DNA from: Candidatus Nomurabacteria bacterium | GTDB lineage: Bacteria > Patescibacteriota > Minisyncoccia > Phycocordibacterales > UBA918 | Assembly (NCBI GenBank): GCA_020632095.1 | Contig: JACKGF010000001.1 | Span: forward strand, 392,638-442,936 | Direction of reading: 5' to 3' | DNA length: 50,299 nucleotides | Shown: positions 8,087 to 15,754 of the stretch, one piece after another | Position numbering within the stretch: the first letter of the stretch is position 1 | Layout of the letters: the number at the start of each line of letters is the position of its first letter | Translations under genes and position numbers: made by a program | Notes under the pieces: generated by a model | Databases searched by the model: none | What the model was told of the DNA's origin: nothing | The model's input: only the letters and a program-made list of their open reading frames with translations

Positions 8087-8521
8087 CTAGACTGCGTATA
8101 GTTTAAGGTGTTTTGCTACTACAGTCTTAGCCTTGTCAGGTGTATTTGCCTTCGCTAATTCTTTAGCACAATTAATATCAGACAAAACATTTGCCACCCA
8201 TTCAGCAAAATCATTCTGCTCTTTAGCAGTATGGTAAAGAAAAACTTCCTTTTCCATCTCATCAAGCGCATCACGTAAGGCCACCAAACTATTTAAAATT
8301 TGTCCGTCATTGACCCAGAAAGAGGCTTGGTCTGGAGCGTAAACTAAAGTTTTTTTAGCTGATCCTTTTTTTGCTGGTGACTTAGCTGGAGCTTTTTTAG
8401 CTACTACTTTTTTAGTAGGAGCTTTTTCAACAACTGCTTTTTTCGCCACAACTTTCTTAGCTGGAGCTTTTTTAACAACCTTCTTTACTACGGCTTTTTT
8501 TTGAACTTTTTTTGTTGGCAT
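8087..8521 (-). CDS. Lys/Ala/Val-rich N-terminal tail plus a conserved-looking 85-aa C-terminal domain; function unknown
   Basis: Residues 1-58 are KKAVVKK/AKKV repeats, followed by a globular part (FWVNDGQILNSLVALRDALDEM...FAEWV). It is embedded between the GH57 and GH15 genes. Confidence 0.6.
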   Translation of the reverse strand: MPTKKVQKKAVVKKVVKKAPAKKVVAKKAVVEKAPTKKVVAKKAPAKSPAKKGSAKKTLVYAPDQASFWVNDGQILNSLVALRDALDEMEKEVFLYHTAKEQNDFAEWVANVLSDINCAKELAKANTPDKAKTVVAKHLKLYAV

Positions 8522-8543
8522 ATATTACTTAAGAACTTATTTC

Positions 8544-9962
8544 CTAGCGACTAGAACTATTAAAGAACGGAACTGCATCAATAATTTTTTCCCACCAGCG
8601 ACGAGGTGACGGAGTGGGCTGAACCATTTCTGGCTCTACCTCAGTTTCTGCTTCAGGTCCAAACTCTTCTTCCTCTTTTGGTTGAGTTGGTTTTTTATCC
8701 ACTGCCGACTCACCTTTATTCAAGGATGATTGCTCCTTAGCCAAATCCTTTGCCTCACGTTCACTTACCGCATGACTTACTCTTAATTGTAAATCACTTA
8801 AGGCATTCATGAAAGCGATATATGCATCATATGGGGATTGATACGGACTGAAGTAAGCATGTACATCACCGTCTTGTGACCACTTAGTACACATGTAGTA
8901 AAAATGATCGGAAGTTTGTAGTTTGCGCCAGGTTTCTTTTAAATCACGACTACGTGTCTTCAGTACATCAGCTTCCATGCGATAGGTTGCCGCTAGAGCG
9001 TCACGCTGGATATCATTTCCATTCCAAGCAGTTAGATCACGGTCGGTGTCAGCCCAAGTCAAAACATCCGGCACATCATACTCACCGGCCACGTCATAAC
9101 TCTGCACTGTCTCAGTAGCGGTTTTGAAGCTGGTGTCGGGATGACGCATAACCATCTCGGGCATAGCGCGCAGAAAATCAAAGATCCCCGTGTCTTCCCA
9201 TTGGTGCTCACCAAAACTCTCGTAATCCATGAATAGGTTTACTGTTTGTCCATCGCCATGATGAGCGTGAATCCAATTGGCGTAAGTGTCAGCGTTTAGA
9301 GGCCAACTTGCCCACTCTTTATTACCAAAACGAAAAGCAATATCATCTGACAACTTATAGTTCTTTAGCAAAACTTTAATCTTATTACAGCCTTGTGGTC
9401 GGTAAAGATAATTTGGACTTCTCCAGCCAAGGTACTTGTCCCAGCCTTCAGCCATGATTCCCAAATAACCATTATCTTCACACCACTTAGCGAGGTCATT
9501 ACGATAAGACAATTCTGTATTACGAAACACCCGTGGTCGGACCCCGAACAATTGTTTGATACGTCGCTCATGTTGCTTAACTTGTCGCTCAAACTCAGGA
9601 ATGGAATAAAAGAAAGCTAGTGAATGATGATAGGTGTCAGCCAAAATCTCCACTCTACCGGTCGCTACCAATTCTTGAAAAGATTCTAGAACGTCTGGGG
9701 TGTAAGCTTCGAACTGGTCGAGGACAGTACCAGAAAAAGATAAGTTGAAACGAAACTCGGGGTGCCTATCAAGCAACTCTTTAAGAATTTTATTGGTTGG
9801 TCGATAAGATTTTTCGGCCACTTTTTCAACAATTCTGCGATTATTTAAATCGGTCTGGCTATTATCATTAAAATATTCTGTGTCATTACCAATATCAAAC
9901 ACTCGATACCGCTTGACTCGGAATGGTTGATGAACGTGAAAATAAGGGCAAACAGTTAACAT
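8544..9962 (-). CDS. Glycoside hydrolase family 57 (alpha-amylase class)
   Basis: N-terminal FHVHQPFR motif typical of GH57. 472 aa with an acidic/Pro-rich C-terminal tail. Confidence 0.75.
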   Translation of the reverse strand: MLTVCPYFHVHQPFRVKRYRVFDIGNDTEYFNDNSQTDLNNRRIVEKVAEKSYRPTNKILKELLDRHPEFRFNLSFSGTVLDQFEAYTPDVLESFQELVATGRVEILADTYHHSLAFFYSIPEFERQVKQHERRIKQLFGVRPRVFRNTELSYRNDLAKWCEDNGYLGIMAEGWDKYLGWRSPNYLYRPQGCNKIKVLLKNYKLSDDIAFRFGNKEWASWPLNADTYANWIHAHHGDGQTVNLFMDYESFGEHQWEDTGIFDFLRAMPEMVMRHPDTSFKTATETVQSYDVAGEYDVPDVLTWADTDRDLTAWNGNDIQRDALAATYRMEADVLKTRSRDLKETWRKLQTSDHFYYMCTKWSQDGDVHAYFSPYQSPYDAYIAFMNALSDLQLRVSHAVSEREAKDLAKEQSSLNKGESAVDKKPTQPKEEEEFGPEAETEVEPEMVQPTPSPRRWWEKIIDAVPFFNSSSR

Positions 9963-9963
9963 A

Positions 9964-11187
9964 CTAGGTTGTTACATATTGTAGCAGACTTTGATAAAGC
10001 TTTTGAACTTTTTGTGCAGCGATTCGCCACGACATTCCTTGCATTTGCATCTTTCCTTCTTTCACCATCTGTTCACGGATGACTGGATAACGTAAACTGG
10101 AAAGAATCTGATTGGCCATTTCATCTATATCCCAGAAATCTACCTTGAGCACATGAGTCAACACTTCTGCCACGCCAGACTGTTTAGAAATAATTGACGG
10201 TGTTCCGTGTTGCAAAGCTTCTAGTGGAACTAAGCCAAAAGGTTCAGATACTGACGGCATCACAAACAAATCGGCTGATTGATACATACGGTCGCGATCA
10301 CTATCCCACAAAGCTCCAGCAAAGCGCACATTCTCTGATAGACCCATCGCACCCACTTGTTCAATAACCTGATGTATCATGTCACCCCAACCAGAAATCA
10401 CAAAAACTACATTTGGGTCAGCATCTACCACTCGTCTAGCCGCCCGTACGAAGTGATCAACTCCTTTTTGGATACTAATTCTACCGTGAAAGAGAACTAT
10501 TTTTTTACCCTGTCTTTTTAGCTCAGCTAAAGTTGGAGGTAATCTTTCTGGTTCGTATGTATCACAACCGTTATGAATCACGACCACCTTGTCAGCTGGA
10601 ACATGATGCTTATTCACTATAATATCTTTTGTGAACTGACTAACAGTCACCACCTTGTCTGCCATCTCAAACGCTTCTTTTTCGATTTTGTAAATAGAGG
10701 GGTCGACATTATCACTAGCAGCTTGGTCAAATGAAGTGGCATGCACATGCAAAATCAACTTCTTTCCACTAGCTATCTTGGCTGCTACTCCAGCCAAGTA
10801 TGATGTCCAGTCGTGAGCATGAATCACGTCAAATTCTTCTTCTTGAGCGATCAAAGAAGCCTGATCAGCGAAGCGATGTACCTCTTCTAGAATAGTCCTC
10901 GAACCAATGATTGCTTTACCCACCTTATCATATCCCACAATCACATTGACCCGTCCGCTTGAATGCAAGTATGGAAATAAAGAAACGTCCGTTTGTCGGA
11001 CTTTTAGTAATCGTTCATCGTCAGCAAACCGAAACTGAGCATCACCCATAGTAGCTTGGGTTTTTGGGAGCACAAAAATGACTTCAACTCCATAGTGAAG
11101 AAGCTCACGCGTGAGACCGTAACAGGCGACACCTAGTCCACCATTTTTTGACGGCGGGAATTCCCAACCAAAAGTAAGTACTCTCAT
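9964..11187 (-). CDS. GT-B glycosyltransferase, glycogen/alpha-glucan synthase-like (GT4/GT5)
   Basis: N-terminal GGLGVACYGLTREL and EX7E motif SEPFGLVPLEALQHGTP. 1-nt gap to the GH57 gene. Confidence 0.8.
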   Translation of the reverse strand: MRVLTFGWEFPPSKNGGLGVACYGLTRELLHYGVEVIFVLPKTQATMGDAQFRFADDERLLKVRQTDVSLFPYLHSSGRVNVIVGYDKVGKAIIGSRTILEEVHRFADQASLIAQEEEFDVIHAHDWTSYLAGVAAKIASGKKLILHVHATSFDQAASDNVDPSIYKIEKEAFEMADKVVTVSQFTKDIIVNKHHVPADKVVVIHNGCDTYEPERLPPTLAELKRQGKKIVLFHGRISIQKGVDHFVRAARRVVDADPNVVFVISGWGDMIHQVIEQVGAMGLSENVRFAGALWDSDRDRMYQSADLFVMPSVSEPFGLVPLEALQHGTPSIISKQSGVAEVLTHVLKVDFWDIDEMANQILSSLRYPVIREQMVKEGKMQMQGMSWRIAAQKVQKLYQSLLQYVTT

Positions 11188-11398
11188 GAATGGTTATGTG
11201 CTACCGCTTTTCATGCACCACTATTATGCGTTTAGCTAATTATCATAATAACATAGGCCTTTATAAATTAGCTTGTTAGACACTGCGTATAGCTGTTGAT
11301 TAGTTAAAAATCATTGACAGACCATTATTTACCATATATAAATGTTATTAGCAGGGATTCAAAAACAGGGTTTTAACGAAAAACTACAGGAGATTATA

Positions 11399-11731
11399 AT
11401 GGATACTAGTACGAAATACTTCACCACTAGACCAAGTGACATTGAAGATGAAATCCGTCACGAAGCTGGGCTACACTATTTGAAACACTACCTCCCTATT
11501 TGGTCAATTGCATGCTCAATGATGGCACTGCTTATACTAACCGGCCTGAAATCTGCTCAACATCCAATATTCAATTTCGCTTGCTGGTTTTTTGGAGGAG
11601 TTGGCATACTTGGAGGGGTTGCAATTTATGCACTAGGAACAGTGAGTCAAAAACAAATAAACTCAAGGAGGAGGAATCATTACAATAACAAGGTAAATCA
11701 AACAAAAAGAGATCTTTTGAAACAATCTTAG
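11399..11731 (+). CDS. Hypothetical membrane protein (2 TM)
   Basis: SD AGGAG lies 6 nt before the ATG at 11399, so the track start at 11342 is less likely. Promoter TTGACA at 11314. Two hydrophobic segments. Confidence 0.5.
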   Translation: MDTSTKYFTTRPSDIEDEIRHEAGLHYLKHYLPIWSIACSMMALLILTGLKSAQHPIFNFACWFFGGVGILGGVAIYALGTVSQKQINSRRRNHYNNKVNQTKRDLLKQS

Positions 11732-11755
11732 GTTTTGATTACCCAACAGCTTCAT

Positions 11756-11799
11756 ACGCCTAGCTCGAGAGTTTCTCTTAGCTAGGCGTTGTTATTTTC
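11756..11799 (+). terminator. Rho-independent terminator
   Basis: ACGCCTAGCT...AGCTAGGCGT stem followed by TGTTATTTT. Confidence 0.6.
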
Positions 11800-11858
11800 A
11801 AAAACTACACTCAATATGTTAACTCTGAATACTATAAAAACTTTCCAAACTGTAGATA

Positions 11859-11886
11859 TTGACTTTTTAATGTATTTTGCTAGAAT
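11859..11886 (+). promoter_or_regulatory. Promoter TTGACT-16-TAGAAT upstream of rpmG
   Basis: The -10 ends 9 nt before the ATG at 11896. Confidence 0.5.
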
Positions 11887-11895
11887 TCTGCCACT

Positions 11896-12075
11896 ATGTC
11901 ACAGGATTTGCTAATAAAAATGGTGTCACAAGGTGACGAAAAAGGTATCGGTAAAGGTCATGTTTACTATACCCGGTACAACAACAAGACCAAAAAGGAC
12001 CCGAGTAAAAAATACGAAACCACAAAATTTAACCCCGTAGCTAAAAAGCACACTGTCTACAAGCAGAAGAAGTAG
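11896..12075 (+). CDS. rpmG: 50S ribosomal protein L33 (Cys-less type)
   Basis: Not in the ORF track (59 aa). ...GKGHVYYTRYNNKTKKDPSKKYETTKFNPVAKKHTVYKQKK matches the L33 pattern. An alternative start is the ATG at 11920. Confidence 0.75.
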   Translation: MSQDLLIKMVSQGDEKGIGKGHVYYTRYNNKTKKDPSKKYETTKFNPVAKKHTVYKQKK

Positions 12076-12118
12076 ATAAGAAAAATCCCACCAATTGGTG
12101 GGATTTTTTCTTATCTAC
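12072..12118. terminator. 23-bp hairpin acting as a bidirectional terminator between rpmG and fba
   Basis: GTAGATAAGAAAAATCCCACCAATTGGTGGGATTTTTTCTTATCTAC is palindromic apart from one bulged T. There are A/T runs on both sides. It includes the rpmG stop codon. Confidence 0.8.
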
Positions 12119-12137
12119 TTCTTTTTAAAATTTTCAA

Positions 12138-13139
12138 CTACAACTTCCCCAAACTAGCCAAACTATTATTCTTAGATACTTCCAATAGTACTCCTTTAGC
12201 TTTTTCAGTATTTTCAAGCTTTCCGTCCCAAGCTTTCAGAACTGGCTCTTCAATTGCCCTTGAAAAAGAGAAGGTGATTGGCCAAGGCTGACTTCCCATT
12301 TTAGCAATGGCGTTAAGGTTTTGAGTTGAACGTTCGGGAGTTTGTCCACCAGACAAGAAGACGATTCCGGCGCATTCGTGAGGAACACTCATGTGAAATG
12401 TTCTTAGCGTAGCGTTAGCTACTTCTTCTGGAGAAGTCTGCTCACTGTTAGTTGACCCAGCCAACACCATTGATGACTTGAGGATCAAACCAGCTAAATC
12501 GACTTTATTTTCAATCAATGACTGAAAGAGCATTTGCAAAACCTTGGTCGTAACCATCTCGGCTTTCTGTAACGAATGATCACCAGCGTGAATTACCTCA
12601 GGTTCAACAATCGGCACAATACCTGCTGACTGAGCTAGCTGAGCATAGCGTGTCATCATAGCTATATTCATCTTCAACACAGCCTCAGTTGGAGTTTCGT
12701 CTTCATCTATATTTACTACCATGCGCCACTTAGCAAAGCGAGCGCCTAAATCATAATATTCAGCAAAACGTTCTGTTAGATTATCTAGGCCTTGGGTCAC
12801 TACTTCACCCTTAAAGTTATCTAATTCACGTGTACCGGTATCGACTTTAATTCCTGGCACAATTCCCTTTACGGTCAAAACATCTGGAAACGGTGTGCCG
12901 TCATCAGTGAAATTTCGAATCGAAGAATCGTACATAATTACACCTGACAAATATTTTTCGGTATCTGACGCCGTGAAAAGAATCTCACGGAAGTCTTGAC
13001 GATTTTCTGGTTTGTTTGGTAGATGAACCATATCCAGGCGCTTGCCTGCTGTTCCATCACTTTCATCAGCTGCTAAAATTCCTTTTCCTGGTGCTAATAA
13101 GGCGGCGGCTATTTCATATAATTTAGTGTTCTTTTTCAT
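12138..13139 (-). CDS. fba: Class I (Schiff-base) fructose-bisphosphate aldolase
   Basis: GKGILAADESDGTAGKRL is almost identical to the class I aldolase N-terminal signature. The Lys-containing ILKSSMV segment is present. Confidence 0.9.
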   Translation of the reverse strand: MKKNTKLYEIAAALLAPGKGILAADESDGTAGKRLDMVHLPNKPENRQDFREILFTASDTEKYLSGVIMYDSSIRNFTDDGTPFPDVLTVKGIVPGIKVDTGTRELDNFKGEVVTQGLDNLTERFAEYYDLGARFAKWRMVVNIDEDETPTEAVLKMNIAMMTRYAQLAQSAGIVPIVEPEVIHAGDHSLQKAEMVTTKVLQMLFQSLIENKVDLAGLILKSSMVLAGSTNSEQTSPEEVANATLRTFHMSVPHECAGIVFLSGGQTPERSTQNLNAIAKMGSQPWPITFSFSRAIEEPVLKAWDGKLENTEKAKGVLLEVSKNNSLASLGKL

Positions 13140-13193
13140 ACTCCCCTAAGTGTATCAAAGAGCCGCGTTAAAGGTGAGGCTCCCTGTGAGCAA

Positions 13194-13961
13194 CTAAGAC
13201 CGAATCTTCCAACCACGTTTAAATAATTGAGTCACTACTATCGCCAAAAATACCACTAGCCCTGTGATAATGAAAAATCCTAGAGTTGAATTGGCTTCAC
13301 TGTAACCAATCATTGAGCTACGTACACCATCTGCAAAATAAAAGAAAGGATTAAAACGCGTGATAGTCGCTGCTAAGTCTGGCAAAAAAGTAATCGAGTA
13401 GAATACTCCTCCCAGATATGTCAGAGGAGTAATCAGGAAAGTATTAAGCACTTGAAGTTGTTCAAAACTTTCTGCCCACAACGCAACAATAATACCGAGC
13501 ATAGCAAAAATTGCTGCAATTGCTGCAATATAAAAAACAAAAGCCAATGGATTGACCAATGATACAGCACCAAACAGAACCCCTGTTAAAAGAATCAGGC
13601 CAGACACCATCAGCGAACGAGTCACTGCACTACCGACAAACCCAACCAACATTTCGAGGTATGAAAACGGAGCAATCAAAACCTCTTCAATCCCCTTTGT
13701 AAAACGCATGAAGTAGAGAGCAGAAGAAGCACTAGCGAACGAAGCATTAATAATAGACAACATCAAAACCCCCGGAAAAACAAAAGAGATGTATGGTACA
13801 CCAGCAAAGTCTTGAATCTTAGAACCAATCACCGTTCCAAAAATAAACAAATAGAGTGCGGCCGAAATAACCGGTGCTACCAAAGTCTGGATAACCACCC
13901 GTAAAGTTCTTTGTACTTCGCGCCGAAACATTGTATAGAGTCCAATCCAGTTTATTTGCAT
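13194..13961 (-). CDS. ABC-2 type transporter permease
   Basis: 255 aa with about 6 TM segments. It lies downstream of an ABC ATPase gene. Confidence 0.8.
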   Translation of the reverse strand: MQINWIGLYTMFRREVQRTLRVVIQTLVAPVISAALYLFIFGTVIGSKIQDFAGVPYISFVFPGVLMLSIINASFASASSALYFMRFTKGIEEVLIAPFSYLEMLVGFVGSAVTRSLMVSGLILLTGVLFGAVSLVNPLAFVFYIAAIAAIFAMLGIIVALWAESFEQLQVLNTFLITPLTYLGGVFYSITFLPDLAATITRFNPFFYFADGVRSSMIGYSEANSTLGFFIITGLVVFLAIVVTQLFKRGWKIRS

Positions 13962-14009
13962 GTTGTTTTCATAATTTAGTTTCGTTGGTAATAATTATCA
14001 GCTTCCCCC

Positions 14010-14083
14010 GTGTCGACAGCTTTTTCACTTAAGGCTTCGTTAATGGCTGCAGGTCGTTCAAAAGATGTAAAAGCTGTCGACAC
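14010..14083 (-). promoter_or_regulatory. Intercistronic stem-loop (15-bp perfect arms, about 44-nt loop)
   Basis: GTGTCGACAGCTTTT at 14010-14024 and AAAAGCTGTCGACAC at 14069-14083, in the 125-nt gap between the ABC ATPase and permease genes. Confidence 0.5.
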
Positions 14084-14086
14084 TAA

Positions 14087-14851
14087 CTAAGCAGTAGCAG
14101 TAGCCGACTTATCATCCTGTCTAATAATTTCTAAATATCGTTGTTCGATACTTTTTCCATCTTTCATAAATTCTGCCTTACTCCCCTCGGCCACAATCCG
14201 TCCGTGATTTATAACCGCAATGTCATTGCAGAGATACTGAATTTCTTCGAGATAGTGAGAAGTAAGAATGATTGTCTTGCCGCTTTCATTTAACTGTTTC
14301 AGATATTCCCAGAGGTCATGGCGTTGTTCGACATCCACTCCAGCGGTTGGCTCATCGAGAATGAGTAAATCTGGAGTATGAATAAGTGCGCGCCCCAACA
14401 TCGCCCGTCTTTTCAATCCGCCAGACAATTTTTGAAATTTCACATTACGGTGTGCTTGCAAATCAAAACGATTTATTAACTCTTCGATTCTAAGCACCCG
14501 CTCTGCTTTAGGAATCGCGTAGTAACCACCCATATAATCCATCAACTGTTCTGGTGTAGCGAAAATATCGACGTTGAATTCCTGCGGTGATAGCCCAACT
14601 TTAGTACGAGCTGTTTTGTATTCAGCGACCACATCCACCCCGTCAATTAAAATCTGACCTGAGGTCGGCTGCGAAATACCAGTAATGCAATGAATAGTTG
14701 TACTCTTACCCGCACCATTAGGACCCAGCAGTCCAAAGAAACTCCCCCGCGGAACTGAAAGTGAAATATTATCAACCGCTGTTACCTGCTTCTTTCCAGC
14801 ACCATAAATTTTCACTAGATTTGTAATTTCGAGCATAGGAGTTTGTGACAT
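14087..14851 (-). CDS. ABC transporter ATP-binding protein
   Basis: Walker A GPNGAGKST, signature LSGGLKRR, Walker B LLILDEPT. Confidence 0.9.
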   Translation of the reverse strand: MSQTPMLEITNLVKIYGAGKKQVTAVDNISLSVPRGSFFGLLGPNGAGKSTTIHCITGISQPTSGQILIDGVDVVAEYKTARTKVGLSPQEFNVDIFATPEQLMDYMGGYYAIPKAERVLRIEELINRFDLQAHRNVKFQKLSGGLKRRAMLGRALIHTPDLLILDEPTAGVDVEQRHDLWEYLKQLNESGKTIILTSHYLEEIQYLCNDIAVINHGRIVAEGSKAEFMKDGKSIEQRYLEIIRQDDKSATATA

Positions 14852-14980
14852 AGATAATTATTATACTGCTTTAAAACCTACAGACCAAGTATTTGCCAAG
14901 CACACTAATAACACATTACATCTGTAATGTTAGTAGATGAGTTGGAAAAATATGAAAAATTTTTGTATCATCCTTACCAA

Positions 14981-15640
14981 CTAAACAACATCGTACGGTT
15001 CTGGTTCAAATACTGGTTCACTTCCATTTTCAATATTTTGATATTGTGACATCAACAAATCAAAAACCTCCAACATTACAAGATCCCATTCCATATACTT
15101 GCGCTTCTTGTCAATCACTTTCTGATAAGTGGCGTTTAGTTGTGAAAATCGTTTCATTGTTATTTGAGGCATATCAACCTCATGAATATTAGGTGCCAAT
15201 ACATCCATCGATTTTGCATACTTAGCATCCATTGTCTCATTAGCCTCATATTCTTCAAGATATGAGTGAAAATTTGGATGAAGCACCCTAATAGCTGCTT
15301 CATACTCATCAACATTATCCTGTTCTGTTTTATGATATGCAAAAATTTCGCCAGTGATTGTCTCCCCAATATCATGGATTGATAACATTACCATTGCACG
15401 ACCAAGGTTAACTTCTGAAGAATGTTCAATATGTGGGTGAAAATAGGAAGCAAGGATAGGTAAATGTCCAATATGCTCCATTAAAGGTTCCCTGAGTATT
15501 TCATTATCGTAATCATTTTTATCAACTAATCCTTTCAAAGCAATTTGTGAATAACGATCAGCTGTCACAAGAGCTCTCTTGGTGAAAGAGTAAGCATTTT
15601 GTAGTTTTAAAAAATCTTGAACTAATTCTTTTGTATTCAT
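14981..15640 (-). CDS. HD-domain phosphohydrolase (YfbR-like class)
   Basis: H...HD motif (LSIHDIGE). 219 aa. AT-rich gene. Confidence 0.65.
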   Translation of the reverse strand: MNTKELVQDFLKLQNAYSFTKRALVTADRYSQIALKGLVDKNDYDNEILREPLMEHIGHLPILASYFHPHIEHSSEVNLGRAMVMLSIHDIGETITGEIFAYHKTEQDNVDEYEAAIRVLHPNFHSYLEEYEANETMDAKYAKSMDVLAPNIHEVDMPQITMKRFSQLNATYQKVIDKKRKYMEWDLVMLEVFDLLMSQYQNIENGSEPVFEPEPYDVV

Positions 15641-15754
15641 ATTGTTTAATTATACCAAATAGTGATAATGTTTGGTTGAAAAAATTCAGATAATTTTACT
15701 TAGTAAACAAGCTTAATCAACTTTAGCTAACAACCCTAAAATAAGCTATGATAG

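Noticed and set aside
8340-8521. DNA-level tandem repeats in the Lys-rich coding regions (also 35541-35911), considered as a possible repeat array
   Set aside because: The periodicity is imperfect and is fully explained by in-frame KKAV-type codon repeats within long ORFs.
9952-9960. Extra ACAGTTAAC matches (also at 37751-37759) to the core of the 23-nt palindromic motif
   Set aside because: Only 9-10 nt are shared and the outer arms are missing. One match lies in the first codons of the GH57 gene, and matches of this length are expected by chance in 50 kb.
14010-14083. SalI (GTCGAC) and PstI (CTGCAG) sites in and between the inverted-repeat arms, as a possible sign of cloning-vector contamination
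   Set aside because: The surrounding sequence is not polylinker-like, both flanking ABC genes are intact and correctly oriented, and 6-mers of this kind occur by chance.
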